Shown piece by piece: positions 1 to 12,390 of a stretch of 64,000 bases of DNA. Both the position numbers and the translations under genes were made by a program. Source of the DNA: Vicugna vicugna (lineage: Eukaryota); assembly GCA_013265495.1 (NCBI GenBank), contig MU058337.1, positions 6,616,716-6,680,715 on the forward strand, given 5' to 3'. The first letter of the stretch is position 1. Each line of letters opens with the position of its first letter. A model generated the notes under the pieces. It saw only the letters and a program-made list of their open reading frames with translations. It did not search any database and was not told the origin of the DNA.

Positions 1-271
1 ACACAGTGTATAAATACCCCAACTCTCTCACCTCTCAGAAGACCTAGCTTGTGTGCACTCTGTAGTGACTCTCAAAGAGTTTCCCTAGAGAGACCAAACT
101 CTCCTGGTCCACAGTAGCTCCTGGCTTGATTGCTGACTCCACATTGCCTGCTTTGCATTCTGGTCTAATTTCCCTGCTCTTCCTCCAGTGTTTTCTTTTT
201 TTCCAAAATAAACTACTTGCACTGGAATCTTTGTCTCAGTGTCTGATTCTGAGGGAACACAAATCCAGACA
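1..271 (+). mobile_element. ERVL LTR 3' portion (LTR16-like)
   Basis: TATAAA near the start; AATAAA followed by the typical tail ...TTGTCTCAGTGTCTGATTCTGAGGGAACACAAATCCAGACA. Confidence 0.55.
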
Positions 272-374
272 CTCCCTACCATGTATTCAACATGTGTTGA
301 GCCCACGGTAGATATCTGTTCCACCTCGACCTTCTTATTTTGGCATTAGGGCATCAATTCACCCTTGAGACATA

Positions 375-1111
375 ATAGCTAGCTGCTAGAGGATGGCTAT
401 AATAAAAAAGACAGATAATAACAAGTGTTGACAAGGAGGCAGAGAAATTGGAGCCCTTATATACTTGTGGGAATGTAAAATGATTCAGCCATTATGGAAA
501 GCAGTCTGACAGTTCCTGAAAAGATTCAACATATTATTACTATATGACCCACCAATTCCAATCCTAGGTATGTACCCCAGAAAAATGAAAACGTATATAC
601 ACACAAAAACTTCTACATGCATGTTCACTGCAGCATTATTCTCATAACAGTCAAAAAGTGGAAACAGTTCAGGTATCTGTCAACTGATAAAATGAATAAA
701 TAAAACATATTGTATCCATTCAATTACTCAACTATCAAAAAGTGAAGTACTTGTTCATGCTACCACGTAGATGAACCTTGAAAACAGTGTGCTAAGTGAA
801 AGAAGCTAGTCACAAAAAGCCATGAATTATATGATTCCATTTATATGAAATACCCAGAACAGGCAAATCTATAGAGACAAGAGGGTAGCTTAATGATTGC
901 CTAGGGTTGAGGGAATACAGACAGAGAGTTTGGGAAATGCTGGCTAAAGGGTACGGTGTTTGTGGGGTGATGAGAATGTTCTAAAATGGACTGTGGTGAT
1001 GGTTGCACAACTGTGTGAACATAGTAAATTCATATTGAATTGTGCATTTTAAATGGATACATTTTATCATATGTGAATTATATCTCAAAAAAGCTTTTTA
1101 TTAAAAAAAAA
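375..1111 (+). mobile_element. L1 (L1MB/MC-like) 3' end
   Basis: L1 ORF2-end and 3' UTR motifs (GGGAATGTAAAATG, TATGACCCACCAATTCCA, GATGAACCTTGAAAAC) and an A-rich tail. Confidence 0.8.
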
Positions 1112-1219
1112 TGCTGCTAAGAAGTACGGTTACTTAGGAAATTTCCCAGACCACACTCCACTTATATTCACAAACATGCCTTTGTAGCCTGTCTCTCAGA
1201 TTTCTAGCATCAAGCTATA

Positions 1220-1585
1220 TAGATGGCAAATAAGCACATGAAAGATGTTCAAAACCCTTGGACATTATGGAAACGCAGGTTAAATCTCGGTGAGATACTA
1301 CTACTACACACCTATTAAAATGGCCGAAATTAAAAGACTGACCATTCCAAGTGTTGATACAGATGTGGAGGAAATTAAACATTCATTCACTGCTGGTAGG
1401 AATGTAACAATATGACAACACTGGACATATCTGGGGAATTTCTTAAAAAGAAATTTTAAGTTAAAGACTGCAGTCATATTATCCAGCTATTCAACTCATA
1501 AGTATTTACCCCAAAGAAAAGGAAATATATGGCTATACATGCATGTTCATAGCACCTTTGTAAGAGCCCAAACTGGAAATAGCCT
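1220..1585 (+). mobile_element. Old L1 fragment
   Basis: AAATAAGCACATGAAAGATGTTCA...GATGTGGAGGAA...GCTGGTAGGAATGTAA. Confidence 0.7.
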
Positions 1586-2787
1586 GTTGTGGGCTGTGTG
1601 TGCAGTGTGCGCACTGCCCAAGATGTAAGAACTTCAGCATCCATTCCTCGCCCAGCGCACAGCTAAATGGGGGAGTGAAGTCCATCTGTATAGCTCTTCT
1701 TTGCTGCCACTTCCAGACCCTCCAGTAAGAAACTTGCTCCTTCAGAACTCCACCATCTGCCCCTGTCCTTTACTTATTCTCACTGCAACCCACAGATTTC
1801 CAGCCAAGTGTGGGTTCCAGGCCCACTGTGGGGCTGCAGAGGGAAGATCTGAGCATTTCCATTTCCACGGGACCCCACACAAAGGAGGAGAAGAAGTTCT
1901 GAATATGACGTATCTTTAGGAAGAGGGAATGGATATCATCAGGCAAAGGAGAGTGGGTGGCTGAAGAGAAATGTCCATTTGTATAATCTCAGGCTCCCTA
2001 TTTATGTTTTGGATCTTTATCTGCTCATCCTATTTTAGCATTTTTCCCTTTGCTTTCCATACTTCTGAATAATATCCTATGGCTTTTCCTTGATTTTTCC
2101 ACTATAGATATTATCTATCAACTTCTTAGTATGACAGGCGAGCATTCGGGTTTTTCATACATTCTTTCCAACTCTTCCTCCCCCACCCCTAATATAGCTA
2201 CATCACGATTTTTGGTTAGATTGTTAGAACTTACTAATCTCTATTGAAAGACGTTTAATAAACAGAAAGCTAGCTGTACTCAATGTAAAGATAGCAGCTA
2301 AGTCATAGTGTACCATGGTTTCTTCTGGTACAAATTTTAACTTTCTTGAATTTAATAATTACTTTTGTTTTCATAATGTACCTATCACAAGTTCATCTCC
2401 ACATTTCATACCAGAAATTCAAGACTTTTGTTAATTATTCAAACACATTAGATATTTCCAATTTGCTCTTATTGGAGCCTCTTATCTGCTGCACAGATGT
2501 TATCCTATAAGTTCCCTTCATCATCATTCTGGATCCATGTTTCACTCTTTGTTCTGGTGAAGTACACCCTCCAATGGCTTCTGAGAGTGGGTGCATGCGA
2601 AGTGCATTTCTTGAGAACTTTTCAGGTTGAAAATAACTTTTCTTTAAAATTTTGAGGACTTTTTGTCACCTCTCCTAACTTCCAGAGTTGCTACTGAGAA
2701 ATCCCATGCCATTCTGACCCTTGAGCCTTTGTATGGGATCTGTTGTTGCTTCATAAATGCAATGTATTCTCTTCACCCTCCCAGGAT

Positions 2788-2840
2788 TATCTATCTATCC
2801 GTCTATCTATCTGTCTGTCTGTCTGTCTATCTATCTATCC
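2788..2840. repeat. (TCTA)/(TCTG) compound microsatellite
   Basis: Direct inspection. Confidence 0.85.
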
Positions 2841-3285
2841 ACTCATCCACTGAATCCATTGATCTAAGAACTTCCTTCTCCCAGTATCCCCCATCCATTT
2901 TCCTCCTTTGTTTTGATCTCTTCCTTTCCCACTGGAAAGTTTCCTCAACTGTCTGGTGATCCTGAGGAGTCCTATAATATTTAAGGGTGGGGCACTAAAA
3001 GATGGATGGAGATCTGGAGTAGGTGGGGCTTGCTGACTGATAGCCTTCATTCACCCTAGGTGTATCTGGCTGCCTGATTCATCAGGGCTCCCCTGACAGC
3101 TTCAGAGAAGATACTTCGCTTTTCCAGTCACACAACCAGGCAGTGCTAGAGCTACAAGGAAAACCCAGAGCTTCCCATGAAAGCTCTTTCTGTCTCATCA
3201 CCCTGTTTCCCTGCCTCCTTACTTTCCTTCCTTCTTTCTTCCCTCCTAATGAGTTAGATAGCAATAATAATAAAAATATTAACAG

Positions 3286-3803
3286 TGCAGGGGGGGAAAA
3301 TAATTTTTCCCTGTTCTTCCTAGTTCTCAGCTGGGACCTCCTCTGTAACAAAAGACAAATTAACAAGAGAAAGCAAACAGAAGTTTATTAACCAGTATAT
3401 CTAATATATACATGGGAGTTACCCAGGGAAAAACAATTAGCTCTCAGAGGTGGCTTAGAACTCAGACTTAAATAGCATCTTCAACTAAAGACAAAAGACA
3501 GAAGGCTGTGGAGGAGGCCGGTTGCGGGGAGGTGACCAGGAAAGACAGGGAAAATGTGAGACAGGTTTGCTATATAGTGTCTTCTCCACTGACAAGGGTT
3601 TAAAGCTGCCTCTGGGGATTAACCTTTGTCCCTCCTGTTGGAGAAGAGAGTGACACCTTTATAGATTTATGTTCTGCTTTTAGGCAAATAGTGGGAGGGC
3701 AGAGAGCTTTTCTTATGCCTGTTTCTTCTCAGTTGCCCTCAGCTCAAAATAGTTCTTACGCCAAAGTGGCATATTGGGGGGTAGTATATCCTGCCACCCT
3801 TCA
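3286..3803 (-). mobile_element. ERV1 solo LTR (MER34/MER39-like family)
   Basis: TG...CA termini, TSD ACAG/AGAG; the minus strand carries the family motif AATATGCCACTTTGGC...TATTTTGAGCT. Confidence 0.75.
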
Positions 3804-4623
3804 AGAGCTAATAACAACCACTAAATATCAACAAAGTCCTGTGCTCTGCTAGAGGCATGACATTATTAGAAGCCCTTGAGAGCAGAAACTCATTCTGCAT
3901 TGTATTATCACACCCTAGGTGATATTAGGGCTTCAGAAAAAAAAAGAAAAATACATAATTATTCTTACATAAACATTGGAGACTTTCGCCAGACAGGACT
4001 GGGGTGTGGTCTAATATATGTCATTGAGGACAGTAAATTTGGTTTACTTAGAATCAAATCTTTAACATTTTCTACCCTTTAAAGGACATGGAAAGGTAAC
4101 AAATACAAGATCCCCAACTTGTGAGCTGGTGATCCTACACTTATCAAGGCACTAGACTACTCTATATACATTTTCCTAATTATTATTTTTTAAATTTCTG
4201 AAAGTAATTTTGGAAAATTTCAAAAATATAGCAAAGTTGAAAGAATTTTACAGTGAACAACTATATCTATATCCCTACCACCTAGAGTCTACTGTTAACA
4301 TTTTACAATATTTGATTAATATCTACCCCTTTATCCTTCCCTCTACCCATCTGTAACCCATCTTAGTATTATTATTATTTTTTTGGACAAAGTAAATTGC
4401 AAACATCGGTATATTTCCCCTTAAATATTTAATTCATCAGACTTCAATATTTGTTTAGTTTTTTCTTTTAGTGTAAAATTTACTTTCAATGAAATGCAAA
4501 TCTTAGGTGTACATTCACTGTTTGCAAATGCACATCTACCTGTGCGAGCCTAGATTCATAAGCACCAGCGGGGCACAGTTTAAGGTGCTACCTGCGTGAT
4601 TTGCTTTTATTTAGGCTAGGTGG

Positions 4624-4844
4624 CAGGGCCGGGACTCACCCTCAGGGTTATGCACAGAGAAGGACCCTTTTATTATTTAAAATGTTTACATTTTGTTCAT
4701 CATGGATTTTCTCCATTGAGTTTGGTTTCCTAAAACTGTATTAAAATATTATTTATCTTAATTACGGAATTTTTACATCCTGGCACCCTTCACATTTTGT
4801 AGCAAGAGCCAATACCTCATCTCCTCACCCTCGTCGCGACCCTG
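4624..4844. mobile_element. Short non-autonomous hAT DNA transposon
   Basis: Imperfect TIRs CAGGGCCGGGAC / GTCGCGACCCTG and an 8-bp TSD CTAGGTGG/CTAAGTAG. Confidence 0.65.
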
Positions 4845-4989
4845 CTAAGTAGGAAGTCTAAGGGGAGGACCTATTTGCAGCAGAAAAAGGCTGGAACGGA
4901 GCTGAATCCACTTGCTATTCAACATAGAAGCCCGGAGGTTCAATCAGTAAAAGTCGTGGTTCCAGATCACGTCCCTTGTGTCCTTAATT

Positions 4990-5530
4990 ATTAACCTGAG
5001 CAATAAGCAAGTCACTATCTGGCGATGACAGGCACAGACCAAACGCCCATCCAGCGGCATCGTGAAGGAGCCACTTCAGGACGAACATTTTCACGAGCTT
5101 AGGAACGCGGGTGGGAGGGTCCCAAATTAGGCGGCACGGCCTTCCGGTGAGCCTCAAGAATTGGAGATGTTGGGGGAAGAGCTGGTTTTGTCTTAGTAAG
5201 CAGACCGCCACAGCTAGGAACTGGGAGCTAGTCGCGCGGCCCTGCCGGGCGGAGAGCCTCACCTGAGCAGCCCTCCAGGCATGAAACCGGCTAGGAGCCC
5301 GCCGCGCTGGGGGAGCTCGCTGCCCGCGGGCGGGGGGCGGCGGCTTCCCCGGGGCGACCCCGTGCGCCGCCCGCGTGAGGGAGCTGTGCGCGCCGGCGGG
5401 GCTGTGCGCTGCTGGGGCTTTCTTCTTCGCAATGCATGGATTCTTAGCAGCTGGCTTTGTTTGCCCTTGGAGTTTTGTTCCAGGACCTGAGACCTTGATT
5501 TTTAGTGATTTCACAGCCTGGGCCACGGCA
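4990..5530. promoter_or_regulatory. CpG island / candidate promoter
   Basis: Very GC- and CpG-rich against an AT-rich background; GC boxes GGGCGG at about 5328-5340; minus-strand donor CAG/GTGAGG at about 5257-5265. Confidence 0.7.
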
Positions 5531-7239
5531 GGGTAGTTATTGCATGATCTGATTCTGGGAAGTAGGAATTAAGAAAGAGCCCATTACCGCTGCACACGCC
5601 TTCAGCCACATGGAAGAAAAAAGCGTATTCTATACAGTTTTTAACATATCTTTCTGCCCTATCGGATTCTGTTTTTCCCTTCTGGTTATGGGCTATTTTA
5701 CAACTTTAAGAGCTGCAGATAACTGGCAGCCATGTAAATTATGTCCTATCTGGGAGAGGTCCAGCTGACTCCTCTCCCCAGCTGGTGGGGAAAAAAAACC
5801 GCTTTGTTGCCTTTACAATTTATTTCAACATTTCTTTTACTCCATATACGTTTGTGCTTCTTGACTTCTTCATTTAAACAGTTGTAAAATCTGCCTGATT
5901 TCCTCTTTGAATGAGGAGCTAAATAGTATCATTAACACGTGTCTGTTTTTATATTTGAATGAGTCATGAGTTTATCTTTTCCTGAAACTTATTATTTAAC
6001 TGCCCCCACTTTCTAAGTCTTTCTAGGATCATGTAGTAACACTCAGACTTGGTCTACGTGGCTCTTCCAAGGGGAAAGTATGTGTTTTGGGGGAGCAGGA
6101 AGGGATGGGAGCTCACATCAACCAAATATGTTCTGTGCACCAGCTACTTTACAGACGAAAAACTGAATTGAATATGCATAACCCTATGTAACAGCAATAG
6201 CTACTCCATTTTATGGAGAAGACAACTCATGTTCAGAGATAATTTCAGAGATAACGATCAATGAGAGATAATGTTCAAAGATAAGTCATTTGGCCAATAT
6301 CACTTAAGATTTGCCGTTAAGATTTGAAGTCTTATCTGTCAAAACCCCAAATTATGCCCCACTGTTGCCATACAGTATGAGAAGGTGGCCCTGCCCTACA
6401 TAGAATGTTTAGGCTCGGGTCTGGCATGCTGAGGAAACAGTTGTTGATTTGTTCTTCAGAGGTCTTACCGATGCCAAAGAAGAAACAGGTGGAGTGCCCC
6501 TGTTACTGCATTTCCCTTTTTCTCTGATTCTGTTCCACCAGGAAAAGCAGGCAGAAAGCTGTGACGTTTGCTGTCTACGAAGGACCATGAGTGGGGAGTT
6601 AAATGATGAGCGAAAGAGAAGGACAATCAAGTCTTGCCTTCAAACTGAATGTGTGAAATAAGCAACTGAGTAGCCCAGCACCAAGTTCATTGGGGGTAAT
6701 TCACCACATCTCACGGTGATCAGACTCTGAGACAACCCCATTGGAAAGAGTTTCTGCTGCCAAGAAAAAAAGGGCTATGTTAGGTACACCAGGAAGCTTC
6801 TAGATAATGTTCTAGGTGGGTTGGCCAAGGCCCTAGAAGGCCCTTCCATACGCTTATCACTAGGATCACGTTATTTCGCATTTTGGGTATATTTGTAACA
6901 TGGTCTGGCTATTCTTTACATTAATTTCCATTTTATGCTAATTGCATACTTTCACATAGGACATAGAAATTACAAAGTAGTTCCAGCTACAAGATACAGT
7001 TTAAAAATAACTTCAGTACCAACTGTTCATTTAAGCATTTAAAACATGGTATGGAAATTCTAAGAGTCAACCAATAAATAGGATAGCAGGATTGAAAGTA
7101 TTTCCATATTCTTATCATTGTGCACACATCATTAATATTCTAAAAATAACATGAATTTAAGGGAGGTTTCTGTTTCTGCAATGGGGGAAATACAGTAGAA
7201 CAGGCAGTAGTGTACATGCAGCCGTGCCTAGGTGCTCTA

Positions 7240-7272
7240 GTGTCCTCTGCTGGATACTTTGGAGTACTGCAG
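7240..7272 (-). promoter_or_regulatory. CTCF-like motif with upstream module
   Basis: Minus strand reads CTGCAGTACTCCAAAGTATCCAGCAGAGGACAC: a TGCAGTAC upstream module plus a CCAGCAGAGG-type core. Confidence 0.5.
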
Positions 7273-7985
7273 GTCGGGTTGAACTTCATGGGGCCACGGA
7301 CTCCTTTAGCATTCTGGTTATGCCCACAGACCCTTTCTCAGAATGATGTTTCCAAACGCATAAAATGAAAAAGAGAATAAAAAAGGAAATAATTTAATTG
7401 AAACATAGTGATGAGAATATAAAAATAGTTTAAAATAAGTTTATAAGTTATTTACTACCCCATGAAAAGATCCAGCTTTGGGTCTAATTATTGTCATTTC
7501 AAAATAGTGATGAGCTTAAGCAATATTTTTAAACCTCTTTGGCAGCCATAACCTTGCTTGAATATATTTGTGATTTCTTAGTGTGTGAACTAGTTTTCTA
7601 GGCTGCTATAATAAAGTACCACAAACTGAATGGCTTAAGCAACAGAAATTTATCGTCTCACGATGGCTAAAAATCCGAAATCAAGGAGTCAGTAGGGCCA
7701 TATTCCTTCTGAAGCCTCTTGAGAGTATCCTTCCTCACTCCTTGTATCTTGTGGTTGCCCCAGCCATTCCTTGACTGATGACAACATCACTTCAACATCT
7801 ATCTGTCTTCATACAGCTGTCTTCCCTCTGTGGCTATGTTTCTCTCTCTCTTCTTATAAAGACATCAGTAATATAATATAATATAATATAATATAATATA
7901 ATATAATATAATATAATATAATACAAAATTCTAATTCAGGATACCCTGACTTCTATCCATGGAACATAGGTTAAGAACCTCTAAA
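7270..7985. mobile_element. hAT-Charlie MER interrupted by an MLT1 LTR fragment (about 7583-7868) and a microsatellite
   Basis: GACCCTTTCTCAGAATGATGTTT...GGTTAAGAACC; MLT signature GGCTGCTATAATAAAGTACCACAAACTG. Confidence 0.6.
7869..7923. repeat. (TAATA)11 microsatellite
   Basis: Perfect pentanucleotide array. Confidence 0.95.
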
Positions 7986-8609
7986 AGTTATTTCCAGTTA
8001 ATAAGTATTTATTATGTTCATACTTCATTCTCAAGAGGGTCTTAAGTGCTATGAAGAAAATAAAAGATGTCCCAGCTTTTTAGAAGGGGTAAGACTTAGA
8101 TCTGTGGAACAACCAGAAAACAGCATCAGGCAGTGGGAAACACTGTGGGATGAAGTTCATATTTTATGTGCTCAGAGACGGGGAAGTGGGAGAGGTCATG
8201 TGAATGGGAACAGCTGAGCAAGTTTTATTGAGGATGTGGGACTTGATGTGGATTTAGGATGACGGCAAAACGTGAATCATTGGGACACACGTCAGACTGT
8301 GGAAATAGCATGAGCTATAATAAAACCTCGAGAAAGAAAATTAGACCCCGCAAAAAGATGAAATAGTTAATTAATCAAAAAATTAGGTTTGGAAAAGCTT
8401 GCCAATTATAAAAGCTTATCATTATAATAAGATGTATTAATTTAATTCCCAGAAATAAAGAAAGTTGCCTTGGGTGATCCATTAGAATTGACCCTTGAAC
8501 ATTGAAGGTTTGAACTGCACATGTTTACTTGTACGTAAATATTTTTCAGTGATAAATACTACAGTACCACATGATCTGTGGTGGCAAAGTTTCTGCTGAA
8601 ATGATATGC

Positions 8610-8671
8610 ATTTCATCATTGATATATTTCTATTTCATCATTGACATATTTCTATTTCATCATTGACATAT
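8610..8671. repeat. 22-bp tandem repeat, about 2.8 copies
   Basis: Unit ATTTCATCATTGAYATATTTCT. Confidence 0.9.
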
Positions 8672-8679
8672 CCCATGCA

Positions 8680-9600
8680 AAGGCTTTATTTTCCTAATAT
8701 ATAAAGAGCTCTACACACCAATAAGAAAAAAGAACAAGAAAAATGGTCAAAGAAGAAGACCTAACTGTTCACACATAGGAAGTACAAAAGCCTCTTAAAC
8801 ATATAATAAAATGTTCAATCCCACTCTTATAGAAAAAGTACAAATTAAATATGTTGAAATGCCACTTTTATCTCTCAGACTGACCCAAATCAAAACATTT
8901 GCTAATATGCTGTATTGGTAACAGTGTGGGGAGAATAGGCGTTTTTATATATTGGGGGAATATATAAGCATAAATTGGTATAATCTCTTTGTGGAGGTCA
9001 CCTTGGCAATATTTATCAAAACTACAAGCACAGTTAACTTTTGACCCAGAAAATCCACTTCTTTAGCTTACAAATATATATTTGCATACCCAGAAATTAC
9101 TTTCATGAAAGGTTAACTGCTCCATTGTTAGCAAAAGATTGGACACAATGGAAATGTCTATTAACAGATAAGAATATGGAAATACTTTCAATCCTGCTAT
9201 CCTATTTACTGGTTGACTCTTAAAATTTCCATACCATGTTTTAAATGCCTAAATGAGCAGGAAATGTCTATTAACAACTTTTGGCAGATCTATACCATGC
9301 GATTCTAGACAACCACATAAGAGAAAATAATGAGAGAGTTCCTCAAAAACTACTGTGGAATGATTTCTAAGATACGGTGAAATGGAAAAAAGCAATTGTG
9401 CACACACATTTTGCTTCACACAGACATAAAATATTCTGCAAGGACACACGGTGCAGACAGCACTGGTTGCCTCTGTAGCAACCGGGGTGGGGGCTTGCAT
9501 CTTTCTGCGGCTTCTGAATTTCCATCTCCATGGGTGCATAGCCCCCACAATAAGCAGACTACATTTTGGTAAGATTTTCAAATTACAAGTGTTGGTATTA
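8680..9600 (+). mobile_element. Old L1 (L1ME-like) fragment containing a templated insertion
   Basis: TAATATATAAAGAGCTC...TTTGACCCAGAAATCCACTTCT. Confidence 0.65.
9167..9259 (-). repeat. 93-bp inverted copy of 7024-7116 flanked by a 17-bp direct duplication
   Basis: 89/93 identity to the reverse complement of 7024-7116; GGAAATGTCTATTAACA at 9150-9166 and 9260-9276. Confidence 0.92.
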
Positions 9601-9629
9601 ACTTATTTTTGCTTCATATATTCATTCAG

Positions 9630-10215
9630 CCAATGGTTATGTGGCAGCAAGCCTGGGAACTCCGCAGCCACCAGATGCTGCCGGAGGCAAGAAGCGGATT
9701 CCTCCCTAGATCCTCCAGAGGGAGCAAGTCTCCAAGACACCTTGATTTCGGCCCAGCGAAACTGATGTTGGACTTCTGGCCTCCAGAGATGCCCGAGAAA
9801 AACTGTTGTTTCCGGGCACTCAGTTTGTGGTGACTTTGTTACAGCAGCCACAGGAAATGAACGGACATCCCAGGGCTTCTGGAGCCTGGTGCTCAGCTGA
9901 CAGCCTGGGAAGGCTCAGGTTACTGTCCCCAGCCCCCACCTCGCCCCGGACCAGCTGAGGGCGCTATTGAGCCAAGCCAGGGGAGCTGCTCTCCCACTCC
10001 TCCCTGGGTGGGCAGACAGCCCCGAGGTCATTCTAAGCCCTCTGCAGAGGGTTCTGTGGGCAACTCAAGAGCACTTCTCATATGGTTTTCCTTCTTATTT
10101 CCTTTCGCCCACCCCTTCACTCCTGCTTCCTGGGGTCATGTCCCAATCAACCAAATCAACTGCCGCACACAGCCTTTGTCTCAGTTTTGCCTTGGGGGCA
10201 CTCTGCCTAAGGCAA
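9630..10215 (+). mobile_element. MLT1 LTR fragment followed by an LTR16-like fragment
   Basis: GGACTTCTGGCCTCCAGA...TTTGTTACAGCAGCCACAGGAAA; then CTCCTGCTTCCTGGGG...TTGTCTCAG. Confidence 0.6.
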
Positions 10216-10759
10216 GTCTGCACCTCCAAGAGTCCGAGTCAAATGAGATGTAAGAAAAGCCTTATGGAATTTTAAAAAGCATAGGATTAAAGGACCAGTC
10301 CTAGGAGTATATCAGACGGGCGGTGTGATACCAACCACTTTATTCTTTACCCATATTCTAAACTGGTGCTTCTCAGACTGGGGTTTATTGAAAATAATGA
10401 ACAGAGTTGATGGAGGAGGGCAGTGCCCTTGAGAATTAAATTTAGCTTTGTTTTCATTTCAGTGATAATCTTTAAAAAAAAATGGATAGGACCACATTCT
10501 GGACCAATTGAAAGATACCATCCAGGGAAGCACCGTGCAGGGGGCCCTTCGTCACACATGGATGCTGTGATGGTGCCGGAATCATCTGTGGTTATGGGGT
10601 TTTACTTTAACAGTTTCTCAAAGGAGTCTCTGGCCTTTTTGTGTGTGTGTTTTTTGTTTTTGTTTGTTTGTTTGTTTTTTTAGTTCACGAGAAAGTATTT
10701 TCTTTTAAAGGGGCTCTTTAAGGGGTTTGAGAAACAGCACTCTAACCGGCTGTGGTGGG

Positions 10760-11000
10760 ACTGGGTGCAGTGGGTTAAGAGCAGGGGATAGGCCTGGGGT
10801 TAAACTCTAGACCCGTTTCCTATGAGCTGTGTGACTCTGAACAGTTTATTCAAACTCTCTGAGCTGCAGCTTCCTGCTCTATAAATGGCAGTGCTAACAA
10901 TAGTTACAACCTAGGGTTTCATCCTTCATGAACAGCTAATGTGAAGTGCTTACCTGGCACAGTGCCAGGCGTAATGGCGTCCTCACGGATATCAATAGTC
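10760..11000 (+). mobile_element. MIR SINE
   Basis: AGCTGTGTGACTCTGAACAG...CTCTCTGAGCTGCAGCTTCCT...TATAAATGG MIR core. Confidence 0.7.
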
Positions 11001-11142
11001 AAACAGTAGAAAGCGTGATGGTGACAACAGTAATAGTAGTAATAGTTATAATAGTAATAAAGTAGGGATAATTGACTTTCACTTCGCACAAAGGGAATAT
11101 TATCAGTGCGCGGACCAATCACCCTGTCTTGCTCCATTTCTG

Positions 11143-11156
11143 CCACAAGGGGGCGC
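11143..11156 (+). promoter_or_regulatory. CTCF-like core motif
   Basis: CCACAAGGGGGCGC, a near-consensus match. Confidence 0.55.
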
Positions 11157-11702
11157 AGACATGAGCACAAACTGTTCTCTGAGAGGGGAGATCGGGCTTT
11201 ACCTCAGGTAGGAGTTTTGTGTAAAGGGAAGACACTGCTCACGTGGGTGTCGTAGGTCTCTACTCCTGGGGCCCCCATTTTGTTCACACTGAGTTCTAAG
11301 GTTCAGACTCGAATCCAAAACAACAACAATAGTTGTAACTATTGCATACCCACAGGGCACGGAGTGAAGGGGTGTGTGTGTGTGTGTGTGTGTGTACGTA
11401 TAGAATCATAAACACATATAAATACATTCTAGAAATTTAGTATATTTCAGGGTGAAGGGTGGAGTTTAAATACTATGAAGAAAAATTGTATAGAGAAGCA
11501 GATATTTTCATGATCAAAGTATTTTAAAAAGTTAGGCCTAGCCAAGAAAAATTGTGCAAGGCTGACCCTGGGATGTTTCCCTTTACACACACACACAATC
11601 ATAAAATCACACACACACACACACACATAAATATATCTGAAGGGTGGTTGGGCTCATCAGTGCAGAGGTGGAGGAGCACAAATATCAAAAGTCACCCACC
11701 AG

Positions 11703-12390
11703 AATGTAAATTGGTGCAGCCACTATGGTAAACAGTATGGAAGGTCCTTTAAAAACTAAAAATAGAGACACCGTATGATCCAGCAGTCCCGCACCTGGGT
11801 ATACATCCAGAAAAAATAAAAACTGTAATTCAAAAAGACACATGCACTCCAATGGTCATAGCAGCACTGTTTACGATAGCCAAGACGGGGAAGCAACCCA
11901 AGTGCCCATCAGCAGACAACTGGCTTAAGACGATGTAGTGTGTATATACACAATGGAATACTAGCCATAAAAAGAATGAAATGTTGTCACGTGCAACAAC
12001 ATGGATGGACCTAGAAAATATTATACTTAGTGAAGTAAATCAAAGACAAATATTATGTATCATGTATATGTGGAACCTGAAAAATAATACAAATGAATCT
12101 ATATACCAAACAGAAACAGACTCACAGACATAGAAAATAAACTTAAGGTTACTAAAGGGGAGAGGCGGTAAGAGGGACAAAGTAGGAATTTGGGGTTAAC
12201 AGATACAAACAACTATACATAATACAAAGAAGCAACGAAGATTTACCGTTTAGCACAGGGAATTATATTCAGTATCTTGTAATAACCTAAAATGGAAAAT
12301 AATCTGAAAAAATATATATATAACTGAATCACTTTGCTGTATACCCCAAACTAACACAATATTGTAAATCAACTAGTCTTCAGTTAAAAA
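11703..12390 (+). mobile_element. 5'-truncated, comparatively young L1 with TSD
   Basis: Well-preserved L1 3' end; TSD AAAAGTCACCCACCAG (11687) / AAAAGTCCCCCATCCAG (12388). Confidence 0.85.

Noticed and set aside
4984..5526. 180-aa minus-strand ORF
   Set aside because: Ala/Pro/Arg-rich product of a GC-rich island; no recognisable domain and not the TM9SF2 N-terminus
8610..8671. CRISPR-like or functional array
   Set aside because: Simple spacerless tandem repeat in eukaryotic DNA
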